From: Bacilli bacterium
GTDB taxonomy: Bacteria; Bacillota_I; Bacilli_A; RF39; UBA660
DNA: 64,000 nt
Direction of reading: 5' to 3'
NCBI GenBank assembly: GCA_050948865.1
Contig: JBMNEQ010000003.1
Coordinates: forward strand, 70,831-134,830
A program made the position numbers and the translations under genes. Positions within the stretch are counted from its first letter, which is position 1. Each line of letters opens with the position of its first letter. Below the pieces are notes generated by a model, which saw only the letters and a list, made by a program, of their open reading frames with translations, was not told the DNA's origin and ran no database searches. This document shows positions 1 to 9,840 of the stretch, one piece after another.

Positions 1-1
1 A

Positions 2-298
2 GCTGTCTCTATCCCTATTTATTATGCTACTAAAAATAAAGGTAAAGCTTTATTTTATTCTTTTTTATCTGGGATAACAGAACCTTTAGGAGCCCTATTG
101 GGATATTTTTTATTAAGACCTTTTTTAAATGATCTTGTTTTTGGATTATTATATGCCTTAATAGCTGGAATTATGGTTTATATCTCTTTTAATGAATTGT
201 TACCGACTGCTAAAATTTATGGGGAAGATTATTTAGTTAATCAAGGTTTAATTTTAGGAATGGCTTTTATGGCCTTTAATATGTGGTTATTTATTTGA
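2..298 (+). CDS. zupT: ZIP-family metal transporter (ZupT-like), C-terminal part; 5' end lies outside the window
   Basis: The frame is open from the window edge. The tail ...GITEPLGALLGYFLL...LYALIAGIMVYISFNELLP resembles the last TM helices of ZupT/ZIP proteins. Confidence 0.7.
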   Translation, partial: AVSIPIYYATKNKGKALFYSFLSGITEPLGALLGYFLLRPFLNDLVFGLLYALIAGIMVYISFNELLPTAKIYGEDYLVNQGLILGMAFMAFNMWLFI

Positions 299-357
299 CT
301 ATTTAAAAAGATTATTGTAGAATAAGAAGCCATAAAAAGGAAAAGTGGGGGCAGAAA

Positions 358-1338
358 ATGAATGTTTTAGCAGAAGAACAAAAAAAATTGTTAGAAAAGG
401 GACTTTCTAAAGAAGAATTTAAAAAAAGGGAAGAAAGATTTTTTAAATTATATTATGAATTAAGGAAAAAAGATGAAGGACGTTTTTGGAATAAATTATC
501 TTTAAAACAAAGAAAATCAATTCATTGGTTAATTTTAAATATTTATAAAATAAAAAATAAATTAGGTGGTTTTCAATGTGATTTATTAAAAGATGAACGA
601 ACTAAAACTAATCGTCCTTTAATCTTTGCTATTACTCATGTAGGTAAATATGATATTGAAGTTGTTAGTGAAGCAATAAAAGATCATTATTATTTATTAT
701 CTGGTGATTTTGAACATATTCAAGGAATTATTGATGCTCCTTTTTTAGGTATTAATGGAGTTCTTTATTTTAATGAAATGGTTAAAGAAGATCGAGCTCT
801 TGTTTCTAAAAAGATGGTTGAACTTTTGAATAAAGGGGGAAACATTATGTATTTTATTGAAGGAACTTGGAATTTAACACCTAATCTTCCTTTAATACCT
901 TGTTATTGGGGAATCGTTGATGTAGCGAAAAAAGGAAAGGCCATGGTTGTTCCTGTAGCAGCTGAGCAATATGGAAAAACTTTTAAAGTTAATATTGGGA
1001 AAAATTTTGATATGAATCTTTATGGAGATACTTTAGAAGAAAAAACAAAAGCGATTACTGATTTAAAGGATACTCTCGCTACTTTAAAGTGGGAGATATG
1101 GGAAAGTATGCCCCTTCAAAAAAGAAAAGAATTAAGGGGAGATGAATGGGATAAATATGTTTCTAAAAGGTTTAAAGAATGGCCTTATTTTAATAAAGAT
1201 TATATTGAAAGATTAACCTTTAAACCAAAGAATGTTCTTTCCCATGAAGAGGTATATGCTCCTATTAAAGCTTTAACTCCTAATAAAAATAATGCTTTTT
1301 TATATAATAAGAGATTAAAAGATAATATTTTTAAGTAG
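358..1338 (+). CDS. acyltransferase, PlsC/LPLAT-like
   Basis: HX4D motif (THVGKYD) and an FIEGTWN block typical of glycerolipid acyltransferases. AGTGGGGG lies upstream of the ATG. Confidence 0.55.
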   Translation: MNVLAEEQKKLLEKGLSKEEFKKREERFFKLYYELRKKDEGRFWNKLSLKQRKSIHWLILNIYKIKNKLGGFQCDLLKDERTKTNRPLIFAITHVGKYDIEVVSEAIKDHYYLLSGDFEHIQGIIDAPFLGINGVLYFNEMVKEDRALVSKKMVELLNKGGNIMYFIEGTWNLTPNLPLIPCYWGIVDVAKKGKAMVVPVAAEQYGKTFKVNIGKNFDMNLYGDTLEEKTKAITDLKDTLATLKWEIWESMPLQKRKELRGDEWDKYVSKRFKEWPYFNKDYIERLTFKPKNVLSHEEVYAPIKALTPNKNNAFLYNKRLKDNIFK

Positions 1339-1415
1339 TTAAAAACTACTTTTTTTAAGAATAACTTTTAATAAAAAACAATATATGGTATAAAGAAGAT
1401 AGAGGTAGAGGGCTT

Positions 1416-3245
1416 ATGGGAAATGGATATTTAACAGGTTCTGCTTTAGCAATCGCGATCTTAATTACAGTTGTTTTATTTTCTAAAAAAAGTATTAAGA
1501 ATGTGGAAACTAAAATATTTAAAGGAATGTTAATTTGTAATATTTTAGAGGCTTTAACAACAACCATGATTGTTTTAGTTGCTTTAACTAGTAGATCACT
1601 TCCTTTATTTAAAATGTTAAATAGAATTGATATTATAATGATTATTACTTGGTCTAGTTTAATGTTTTATTATATTTATAATGTTTTAAGTAAAGAACCA
1701 AAAGAAAGTGTCAAAGTTTTTATTTATTTAGTAAATGCTATTTTTATGTTTTTTATATTCATTTTAGATGTTCATATTATTGCTGAAAAAGGGATATTAG
1801 ATTCTTATGGACCATTAACAACCTTCGGTTTATTGGGGGCTTCTTTTTATATAGTTTTAATGATAGGAACTTTATTATTTTTAAGAAATAGAAAAAAAGA
1901 AGTTGATCAAAAGAAATTTATTCCTTTTTATTTTTTAATCTTTTTATTAATAATAGCTGCTGGATTAAGAGTGATTATTCCAGAAATAAATTTTATTTCT
2001 ATTATTTTAAGTTTTGTTAATTTAATAATGATGTTTACGATTGAAAATCCTGATTTAAAATTAGTTAAAGAATTAAATGAAGCTAAAGAACAAGCTGAAA
2101 GGGCGAATAAAGCAAAAAGTGATTTTTTATCTAGTATGTCTCATGAAATAAGAACTCCTTTAAATGTTATTATCGGTTTAAGTGAAGATATTGCTTCATA
2201 TCAAAATGAAATTCCTAAAGAAGTGGAAGAAAACGTTCAGGATATATTAAATGCTTCTAATACTTTATTAGAGATAATAGGTAATATTTTAGATATTAGT
2301 CAAATAGAAAGTAATAAAATAAGATTAGTGGAAAAACCTTATGTTTTAAAAGAAGAAATAAAAAATTTAATAAATATTTTAAAACCACGAATAGGAGATA
2401 AAAAGATTGAATTAAAATTAAGTTTAGCTCCTGACCTTCCTTATGAATTAAAAGGAGATAAATTACAAGTTAAAAAAATAATTAATAACTTATTAACTAA
2501 TGCTATTAAATATACAGAAGAAGGTTTAATCCAATTAACTATAAATTGTATTAATGAAAATAATCATTGTCTTTTAATTATTAGTGTGCAAGATACAGGA
2601 AAAGGTATTAAAGCTAAAAATATTTATAAATTATTTACTAAGTTTGAACGCTTAGATATTGAAATGAATTCTACTGCTGAAGGAACAGGACTTGGTTTAG
2701 CAATTACGAAGTCGTTAGTTGATATTATGGGAGGCACAATTAATGTTCAAAGTCAATTTGGAAAAGGATCATTATTTGTTGTTCAAATTCCTCAAAGAAT
2801 TTCTAAAATGGTTGAACCTTATAATAAAGAAGTAATAAATACTAATAATTTAGAAGAAATAAAATATCAAGGGAAAAGGATTTTAGTTGTTGATGATAAT
2901 AAATTAAATCTTAAAGTAGTGAAAAAAGTTTTAACTAAATTTAATTTGGAAGTTGAAGAATGTGAAACTGGAGAAGAATGTTTAAAGAAAATAAATTCTA
3001 ACCAACATTATGATCTTATTTTTATGGATATTATGATGCCTGTTATGAATGGAGAAGAAGTTTTAAGAAAATTAAAAGAAATTCCTCATTTTAAGACACC
3101 TGTTATTGCTTTAACAGCTGATGCTGTTGTGGGAGCTAGAGAAAAATATTTGGCTGAGGGTTTCATTGATTATCTTCCTAAACCTTTTAATCAAGAACAA
3201 ATAAAAGAGAAATTAGATTTAATATTTAACGAAAAGGATTATTGA
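1416..3245 (+). CDS. hybrid sensor histidine kinase/response regulator (multi-TM sensor, HisKA, HATPase_c, REC)
   Basis: H box [10 protein letters not shown] box [11 protein letters not shown]1 DTGKGI, G2 GTGLGLAI. C-terminal receiver has VVDDN...FMDIMMP...ALTADA...KP. Confidence 0.85.
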   Translation: MGNGYLTGSALAIAILITVVLFSKKSIKNVETKIFKGMLICNILEALTTTMIVLVALTSRSLPLFKMLNRIDIIMIITWSSLMFYYIYNVLSKEPKESVKVFIYLVNAIFMFFIFILDVHIIAEKGILDSYGPLTTFGLLGASFYIVLMIGTLLFLRNRKKEVDQKKFIPFYFLIFLLIIAAGLRVIIPEINFISIILSFVNLIMMFTIENPDLKLVKELNEAKEQAERANKAKSDFLSSMSHEIRTPLNVIIGLSEDIASYQNEIPKEVEENVQDILNASNTLLEIIGNILDISQIESNKIRLVEKPYVLKEEIKNLINILKPRIGDKKIELKLSLAPDLPYELKGDKLQVKKIINNLLTNAIKYTEEGLIQLTINCINENNHCLLIISVQDTGKGIKAKNIYKLFTKFERLDIEMNSTAEGTGLGLAITKSLVDIMGGTINVQSQFGKGSLFVVQIPQRISKMVEPYNKEVINTNNLEEIKYQGKRILVVDDNKLNLKVVKKVLTKFNLEVEECETGEECLKKINSNQHYDLIFMDIMMPVMNGEEVLRKLKEIPHFKTPVIALTADAVVGAREKYLAEGFIDYLPKPFNQEQIKEKLDLIFNEKDY

Positions 3246-3298
3246 CATATGTTCATAACCAAGATATAATTAAATATATTATAAGGAGAAGATGATAG

Positions 3299-3568
3299 AT
3301 GAAAATATTAAAATTTGGGGCTGTTTGGTGTCCTGGATGTTTAGTTATGAAACCTCGTTTTCTAGAAATAGAAAAAGAATATCCTTGGTTACATACTGAA
3401 TTTTATGATTGTGATGAAGATCAAGAAATGTTTAAACAATGGAAAGTTAATGATGTTTTACCAGTCTTTATTTTTCTTGATCAAAATAATCAAGAAATTT
3501 TAAGATTAATTGGGGAACAATCTAAAAAGAAAATAATTGATCTTATTTTAAAAAATAAAGACAAGTAA
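3299..3568 (+). CDS. thioredoxin-family protein
   Basis: WCPGC active-site motif in an 89-aa thioredoxin-sized ORF. RBS AAGGAG lies upstream. Confidence 0.75.
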   Translation: MKILKFGAVWCPGCLVMKPRFLEIEKEYPWLHTEFYDCDEDQEMFKQWKVNDVLPVFIFLDQNNQEILRLIGEQSKKKIIDLILKNKDK

Positions 3569-3587
3569 TAGAAGATTAGGTGAAATA

Positions 3588-4712
3588 ATGAAAAATATAT
3601 TAAAAATCTTATTAATAATAAGTGTTTTTTTTGCGATTGGTTTTTTAAAAATTGATGCTGCTTCTAAAGTTGATATTCATCTTTTTTACGGGGATTATTG
3701 TCCTCACTGTGCTAAAGAAATAATAATGTTAAAAGATTTAGCTAAAAAAGATCAAAGAATTAATCTTCTTCTTTATGAAATGAGTAATCCAAAGAATCAT
3801 CAATTAGCAGTAGAAATGGCTAAAAACTTAAATACTACTATTACAGGAGTTCCTTTTACAGTAATAGGAGATAAATACTTTACAGGATATGGAGAAGGTT
3901 ATAATAAAGAGGCTATTATAAAAGCTATTACTGAAGAACTAGGTGAAGAGATAGAAGAAAAACATAATTATAAATTTAAAGTTCCTTTATTAGGAGAAGT
4001 GGAAACAAAAGATTTATCTTTGCCTGCTATTGCTATTTTAATGGGAATTTTAGATGGATTTAATCCTTGTGCAATGTGGGTTTTATTATTTTTAATATCG
4101 ATGTTAATTGGAATGAAAAATAAAAAAGAAATGTGGCTTTTAGGCTCAACTTTTATTATTTCTTCCGCTTTAGTTTATGCTTTATTTATGGTTGCTTGGC
4201 TTAATTTAGCTTTATTTATGGGTTCATTAACTCCGATTAGAATTTTAATTGCTTTAGTAGCCTTAACAGGTGGAGTTATTAATTTTAAGTCTTATTTTGA
4301 TAAAAGTGATGGTTGCACTATTATTGATGAAAAAAAGCGAAAGAAAATATTTAAAAGAATAAAAAAGTTTACTAATGAAAATAAACTTCTTTTAGCTTTA
4401 GGAGGAGTAATTCTTTTAGCTTTTTCTGTTAATTTAATTGAATTATTATGTTCTTTAGGTTTACCTGTTATCTTTACTCAAATTTTAGCGATAAATAAAG
4501 TTTCTACTTTTTTATATGTTATTTATATTTTTATTTATATCTTTTTCTTTATGCTTGATGATATTATTGTCTTTTTTATCGCGATGTCTACTTTAGAATT
4601 AACTGGAGTTTCTACTAAATATGGAAAAATGTCTAATATTATTGGTGGTATTTTAATGATTATTATTGGTTTATTATTGATTTTCAATCCTAGTTTATTA
4701 ATGTTTAATTGA
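3588..4712 (+). CDS. secreted thioredoxin-fold domain fused to a DsbD/CcdA-like thiol-disulfide transfer membrane domain
   Basis: N-terminal signal/TM, a CPHC motif, then multiple TM helices with a membrane-embedded Cys (GFNPCAMW) as in CcdA/DsbD. Confidence 0.6.
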   Translation: MKNILKILLIISVFFAIGFLKIDAASKVDIHLFYGDYCPHCAKEIIMLKDLAKKDQRINLLLYEMSNPKNHQLAVEMAKNLNTTITGVPFTVIGDKYFTGYGEGYNKEAIIKAITEELGEEIEEKHNYKFKVPLLGEVETKDLSLPAIAILMGILDGFNPCAMWVLLFLISMLIGMKNKKEMWLLGSTFIISSALVYALFMVAWLNLALFMGSLTPIRILIALVALTGGVINFKSYFDKSDGCTIIDEKKRKKIFKRIKKFTNENKLLLALGGVILLAFSVNLIELLCSLGLPVIFTQILAINKVSTFLYVIYIFIYIFFFMLDDIIVFFIAMSTLELTGVSTKYGKMSNIIGGILMIIIGLLLIFNPSLLMFN

Positions 4713-4726
4713 GGAGAAATATAATT

Positions 4727-5452
4727 ATGAAAAAAATTATTGCAGTTGGTAGTGGTAAAGGAGGAGTTGGTAAATCTTTAATCTCTTCTTTACTAGGGAT
4801 AAAATTACAAAAAGAAGGTTATAAAGTTGGTATTTTGGATGCTGATTTAACAGGTCCTTCGATATCTAATATTTTTAAAATAACAGAAAAACCGAAAATA
4901 GAAGGAGAAACAATTTATCCTTTTATTACTAAATTAGGTTTAAAAATAATTTCTCTTAATATGCTTTTAGAACATGATGATGATCCAACTATTTGGAGGG
5001 GACCATTATTATCTAATGTTTTATTAGAACTTTATAATAACACTAATTGGGGGGAATTAGATTATTTAATAATTGATATGCCTCCTGGAACTAGTGATAT
5101 TGCTATTACTGTTTATCAATCTTTTTCTTTAGAAGGGGTTATTGTTGTTACTACACCAGAACACTTAGTAAAAGTGATTATTAAAAAGTTTTATAATATG
5201 ACTAAAAAGATGAAGATTAAAATATTAGGAATTATTGAAAATATGAGTTATTTAAAATGTGAGCATTGTTTAACTAAAATTAATTTGTTTGGAGATAGTC
5301 AAATAGATCAGTTGGCTTTAGAATTAGGGATTAAAGTTCTTGGAAAGATACCACTTGATAGTAAAATTAATGATTGGATTAATAATAAAAGTTTAGAAGA
5401 ATATCCTTTAGAAGATATTTTAAAACTGATAAAATTTAAAGGAGGAAAATAA
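4727..5452 (+). CDS. Mrp/NBP35 (ApbC) family Fe-S cluster carrier ATPase
   Basis: Deviant Walker A GSGKGGVGKS and a CEHC (CXXC) motif. ATG 4727 follows GAGGAG (4711-4716); the TTG at 4709 from the ORF track lies inside the RBS. Confidence 0.8.
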   Translation: MKKIIAVGSGKGGVGKSLISSLLGIKLQKEGYKVGILDADLTGPSISNIFKITEKPKIEGETIYPFITKLGLKIISLNMLLEHDDDPTIWRGPLLSNVLLELYNNTNWGELDYLIIDMPPGTSDIAITVYQSFSLEGVIVVTTPEHLVKVIIKKFYNMTKKMKIKILGIIENMSYLKCEHCLTKINLFGDSQIDQLALELGIKVLGKIPLDSKINDWINNKSLEEYPLEDILKLIKFKGGK

Positions 5453-5453
5453 A

Positions 5454-5786
5454 ATGAAGATAATTATAACCGCGAGTGGTCAAGAAAAGAATAGTTTATT
5501 AGATCTTCGGTTTGGAAGATGTGCCTTTTTTTATATTTATGATACAGAAAAAAAAGAAGCAAAAATAGTTAAGAATGAAGCTTCTTGTGTCGGGGGAGGA
5601 GCGGGAATAAAGGCTTCTAATTTTGTTGTTCAAGAAGCTGATGTTTTAATTACTGGTAATTTAGGACCAAATGCTCAATATGTTTTAAAGGAAGCGGGAA
5701 TAAAAGTTTATATTTCTAAAATAAAAGAAATAGAAGCAGTTTTAAAAGATTATCAGGAAGATAAATTAGAATTATTTGATTATTAA
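5454..5786 (+). CDS. NifB/NifX-type (dinitrogenase FeMo-cofactor-binding-like) domain protein
   Basis: 110-aa ORF with FGRCAFFYIYD and ITGNLGPNA blocks typical of the NifX/NifB small-domain family. Translationally close to mrp. Confidence 0.65.
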   Translation: MKIIITASGQEKNSLLDLRFGRCAFFYIYDTEKKEAKIVKNEASCVGGGAGIKASNFVVQEADVLITGNLGPNAQYVLKEAGIKVYISKIKEIEAVLKDYQEDKLELFDY

Positions 5787-5800
5787 AGAAATGAGGCGTA

Positions 5801-6619
5801 ATTATTAATATTGTTATTCTAAGTGGTAAAGGGGGAACGGGTAAAACTTTAGTGGGAACTAATTTAGCTTCATTATTGAATATAAATTATATTGATGCTG
5901 ATGTTGAAGAACCTAATGGTTTTATATTTTTAAAACCATTAATTAAGACTAAAGAAAAAGTAAAAATTGATGTTCCTATTATTAATCAAGATCAATGTAA
6001 TTTATGTTTAAAATGTTTAGAATTTTGTCAATTTAATGTTTTTGCTAAAACTAAAAATAAAATCTTAATTTTTGAAGAACTTTGTCATAGTTGTGGTGGT
6101 TGTAAGATGGTTTGTCCAACTAAAGCTTTAGATTACCGGAAGAAAACTATTGGTTTCATCGAAAAAGGGGTAAAAGATAATTTTAAATGTTATCAAGGAA
6201 TTTTAAAAGTTGGAGAAGTTATAGCTGTTCCTTTAATTAAAGAATTATTAAAAGATTTACCAAAGGAATTAAATATTATTGATGCTTCTCCTGGAACCTC
6301 TTGTAATGCAGGAACTACTTTAGAATTCGCGGATAAAGTTATTTTAGTAACAGAACCAACTAAACTTGCTTTGCATGATTTAAAACGAATTGTTCAAATA
6401 GTAAAAGAAAGAAAGATCCCTCTAGGAATTATTATTAATAAAGTTTTAGAAGAAGATAATTTAATTAAAGATTATTGTAAGAAGAATAATCTTCTTATTT
6501 TAGGTAGTATAAAATATAAAGAAGAGATTGCTTATTTATATTCAGAAGGAAAACTTTTAGAAAAAGAAGAATTTAAGGAAATTATTTTAAATATGAAGGA
6601 GTATTTACTATGCAAATAG
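5801..6619 (+). CDS. MinD/ParA-type P-loop ATPase with an inserted 2x[4Fe-4S] ferredoxin domain; 5' end non-canonical
   Basis: The P-loop SGKGGTGKT is encoded at 5822-5848, upstream of the first canonical start (GTG 5852). CNLCLKCLEFC and CHSCGGCKMVCP are the cluster motifs. Only ATT codons (5801/5804) are available after GAGG 5793-5796. Confidence 0.7.
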   Translation: MINIVILSGKGGTGKTLVGTNLASLLNINYIDADVEEPNGFIFLKPLIKTKEKVKIDVPIINQDQCNLCLKCLEFCQFNVFAKTKNKILIFEELCHSCGGCKMVCPTKALDYRKKTIGFIEKGVKDNFKCYQGILKVGEVIAVPLIKELLKDLPKELNIIDASPGTSCNAGTTLEFADKVILVTEPTKLALHDLKRIVQIVKERKIPLGIIINKVLEEDNLIKDYCKKNNLLILGSIKYKEEIAYLYSEGKLLEKEEFKEIILNMKEYLLCK

Positions 6620-7449
6620 CTATTATAAGTGGTAAAGGAGGAACTGGAAAAACAACTATTGCTGTAGGCCTTGGTGAAGTAATTAAGAATAGTATAAAAA
6701 TAGATTGTGATGTTGATGCTTCAAATATGAATTTATTTTATCAAGGTAAAGTAATTCGTCAAGAAAAGTTTTATTCAGGAAAAACAGCAGTTATTAATCA
6801 AGATCTTTGTCTTAAATGTAATAGATGTTTAGAACATTGTAAATTTGATGCTATTAATAATTATGTAATAAATGATCTTAAATGTGAAGGTTGTTTGGTT
6901 TGTAAGTTAGTTTGTCCTTCTTTGGCCATAACTTTTAAAGATAATTATATTGCTGATATTTATTTAAAAAGGTTAAAGAATGGTCGTTTAATTAAAGCGA
7001 AAATGAAAATAGGAGCTGCTGGTTCAGGGAAACTAATAACAGCATTAAGAAGCAAAATAATGGATTCTCAAGTAATAACTATCATTGATGCTTCACCAGG
7101 CCTTGGTTGCCCTGTAATCGCTTCTCTTACCAATGTTGATTTAGCTTTAATAGTTACAGAACCAACTTTATCAGCTTTTAAAGATTTAAAGCGTTTAGTT
7201 TTACTAACTAAAAAATTAAAAGTGAAAACTGTAGTTTCTATTAATAAATATAATCTTAATTTAAAAATAACTAAAAAAATAAAAGACTATTGTCAAAAGA
7301 ATAATCTAGAACTTTTAAGTTTAATTCCCTATGATCAATTAGTCTTAAAATCTATTCAAGAACTAAAACCAATTGTCACCTATCAAGATAGTTTAGCTGG
7401 TTTAGAAATTAAAAAACTTGCTCAAAAATTAATATTATTAAAAGAATAA
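6610..7449 (+). CDS. MinD/ParA-type P-loop ATPase with an inserted 2x[4Fe-4S] ferredoxin domain (paralog)
   Basis: N-terminus MQIAIISGKGGTGKTT. CLKCNRCLEHC and CEGCLVCKLVCP motifs. Overlaps the previous stop codon. Confidence 0.8.
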   Translation: MQIAIISGKGGTGKTTIAVGLGEVIKNSIKIDCDVDASNMNLFYQGKVIRQEKFYSGKTAVINQDLCLKCNRCLEHCKFDAINNYVINDLKCEGCLVCKLVCPSLAITFKDNYIADIYLKRLKNGRLIKAKMKIGAAGSGKLITALRSKIMDSQVITIIDASPGLGCPVIASLTNVDLALIVTEPTLSAFKDLKRLVLLTKKLKVKTVVSINKYNLNLKITKKIKDYCQKNNLELLSLIPYDQLVLKSIQELKPIVTYQDSLAGLEIKKLAQKLILLKE

Positions 7450-7470
7450 ATTTTTAAAGGAGTAATATTT

Positions 7471-7824
7471 ATGTCAAGACCAATTAAAATAAGAGCTGTT
7501 TGTCAAAAACCAGAGAAAAATATCTTTGGACCAAAGAATCAAGATGATCAAATTTGTATTTATATGAATTTAGAAGAATATGAAACAATTAGATTAATTG
7601 ATTATGAAGGATTAAATCAAGAAGAATGTGCATCTTTTATGAAAGTAGCTAGAACAACAGTTCAAAGAATGTATAATGAAGCTAGAAGAAAAATAAGTGA
7701 TGCTCTTATTAATGGAAAAACTTTAAAAATAAAAGGAGGAAATTATATTTTATGTGATAAAGATCAACGTAGTCATGAATGTCATAAAATTAATTGTCCT
7801 CGTTTTATCTCTAAAATAAGATAG
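7471..7824 (+). CDS. DUF134 (UPF0251) family putative DNA-binding protein
   Basis: MSRPIKIR...FGP...LEEYETIRLIDYEGLNQEE...VARTTVQRMYNEARRKI matches the DUF134 pattern with a sigma-70 region-4-like HTH. Cys/His-rich tail. Confidence 0.7.
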   Translation: MSRPIKIRAVCQKPEKNIFGPKNQDDQICIYMNLEEYETIRLIDYEGLNQEECASFMKVARTTVQRMYNEARRKISDALINGKTLKIKGGNYILCDKDQRSHECHKINCPRFISKIR

Positions 7825-7869
7825 ATTTTAAATTATTTTTATGCTACTATTACACTAAAGGAGTGATCG

Positions 7870-9000
7870 TTGATGAAAAAAGAAGTTTTAATAATATTGG
7901 TTGTTTTTCTTTTAATTGGAGGTGCTATTCTTTATAATTATTCATCTAGTAAAAAGAAAAAACAATCCCAAGAGGAAACCTCTACTTTATATATTTATAA
8001 AGAAGAACTAAAAACTAAAGGAGCAACAGGATTAGATTATAGATATTATGTAACTAAAGAAGATACTTCTAAAGATGTTTTAGTTAAAAAATATGTTTGT
8101 CAAAATAAAGATTGTCAAGATCTGGCACTTACATCTTCTAATATTTTAATTTATGATGGTAAAAGTTATCTTTATAATTTTAATAAAGATACTAAAATAG
8201 AAATTAACTTAGATGTAACAAAATATAAAAGTTTTAAAATAGAAGAGATAAATGGTCTTGCTCACGGACTTTTAGTTTATAAAGATTCTAAAAATGGCAC
8301 TTATTATTCTTTAAAAGAACAAAAATTAATCTCCAAATTTATTTATAATGACCTTTGGGTTCATGATGAAGATATGTTAAAAGCCGGATACATTTTTGCG
8401 AATAAAGAAACAAAAGAACGAAATTATCGTCAATTTCTTTTAGAAATTAAAACAGGAAAAGTTATGTTAAATAAAGATGACTTCTTTGGTGTTTTAAGTA
8501 AGAATGGTCAACTTTATTATTTATTTGAAAAAGATAACTTAGATCAAGTTAAAATTTATAATTCTAAATTAAAATTATTATTTAATGGTAAAAAATATTC
8601 TCTTTCTAAATTAATGATTACTGATAATGGGAATTTATTAGTTGTGGGAGATGATGAAAAGGTAATAGAGGAGTATGATCCAGCTGGTAAATTAATTACT
8701 TCAAGTGATACTTATCAAGAAATATTCTTGATAAGTGATAATATAATTTGTTTAGTTGATCAAGATGGTTATTTAAAAGCAATTGATAATAAAGGAAAAG
8801 AAATAACAACTTTTATAAAATTTACTTCTAATTTAAAGTTTTATCCTTTAACTTCTTTTATTGCTAAAGGAAAGATTCAATTAATTATTGAAGATACTAA
8901 AATTAAAAAAGGTGATAATGGTTATTGCCGTTCTTATAGTTATGAATTAGAGACGAAGAAATCTAATGTTGAAGAAGTTGATCTTTGTTTTGAAAATTAA
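7870..9000 (+). CDS. hypothetical N-terminally membrane-anchored protein
   Basis: Long ORF with one N-terminal hydrophobic helix and RBS AAGGAG. I recognise no family. Confidence 0.5.
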   Translation: MMKKEVLIILVVFLLIGGAILYNYSSSKKKKQSQEETSTLYIYKEELKTKGATGLDYRYYVTKEDTSKDVLVKKYVCQNKDCQDLALTSSNILIYDGKSYLYNFNKDTKIEINLDVTKYKSFKIEEINGLAHGLLVYKDSKNGTYYSLKEQKLISKFIYNDLWVHDEDMLKAGYIFANKETKERNYRQFLLEIKTGKVMLNKDDFFGVLSKNGQLYYLFEKDNLDQVKIYNSKLKLLFNGKKYSLSKLMITDNGNLLVVGDDEKVIEEYDPAGKLITSSDTYQEIFLISDNIICLVDQDGYLKAIDNKGKEITTFIKFTSNLKFYPLTSFIAKGKIQLIIEDTKIKKGDNGYCRSYSYELETKKSNVEEVDLCFEN

Positions 9001-9051
9001 TAAAATGCCCAATTGACACTTTTTGGTATCAATGTTAGAATAATGACTTAA

Positions 9052-9789
9052 ATGGGAGGAATGGTTGTGAAAAAGGAAACAAAGAAACAATTAAAGGTTT
9101 ATCTTTGTGGAGTTCTTAGTGGAGCCTTAATGTTAGTTACTTCTAATTATTATGCGGGTCAAATAATAAAGAAACAAAATACTAATTTTAAAAATGAATT
9201 TTCTTTACCACATTTTGAAGAAAGTTTTCAAGATACTAAAGAAGTCCAACAATATGCTTTTGATTATTATGGAGAAGAAATAAAGATTCAAGGAGAAAAA
9301 GTTAAGATTCATTCTTTTGATGAATTTGGGAACTATCAAGTAAAAGAGGGAGAAACAGTTACAGTCCCCATTAAAGATAATGATTATTTATTAGATGAAT
9401 ATATTTCAGAAAAAGAAGCAGATGTTTTTAAAATATTAAAAAATAAAGATAAAATAGTTAATCAATATGCTATTTATGAAACTTTTAATCGTTTAGAAAA
9501 AGTTTATGAAGAGTATTTAACGAGAAAACCTTTTACTAATTTAGATAATAGAAAAGAAGCACTTTATAAAGTTTATTATGATTATATTGTAGCTGAAGAA
9601 GGTTATACTATGGGTGGATATAAATTTTTAGAATTAGATAAAACTATCCAAAAAGATATTTTAAAAATTTATCAAAACGTTAATCAAATGAGAAAAACAG
9701 GAGAAATTAAAGAAACTTCTAAACTCAAAACGTTTATTAAACAAAAAGAAAAGGTTATTAAATATGGATTATTAAAAATAGGAAGGTAA
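9052..9789 (+). CDS. hypothetical N-terminally membrane-anchored protein
   Basis: ORF with an N-terminal hydrophobic segment, followed by a hairpin terminator. I recognise no family. Confidence 0.45.
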   Translation: MGGMVVKKETKKQLKVYLCGVLSGALMLVTSNYYAGQIIKKQNTNFKNEFSLPHFEESFQDTKEVQQYAFDYYGEEIKIQGEKVKIHSFDEFGNYQVKEGETVTVPIKDNDYLLDEYISEKEADVFKILKNKDKIVNQYAIYETFNRLEKVYEEYLTRKPFTNLDNRKEALYKVYYDYIVAEEGYTMGGYKFLELDKTIQKDILKIYQNVNQMRKTGEIKETSKLKTFIKQKEKVIKYGLLKIGR

Positions 9790-9805
9790 AAAACCTTCCT
9801 ATTTT
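9779..9805 (+). terminator. rho-independent terminator
   Basis: TAGGAAGG-taaaaaa-CCTTCCTA followed by TTTT; overlaps the stop codon of the 9052 ORF. Confidence 0.6.
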
Positions 9806-9840
9806 AATGCTATCCATGGTATAATTTTTAATAAAGGTAG

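Noticed and set aside
1355-1567. Antisense ORFs from the track: 1355-1567, 36594-36818, 38977-39171, 41760-42014, 48806-49240 and 56767-56985
   Set aside because: Each is embedded antisense in a well-supported conserved gene (kinase, tkt, parE, parC, ftsZ, dnaB). None has an RBS or recognisable motifs.
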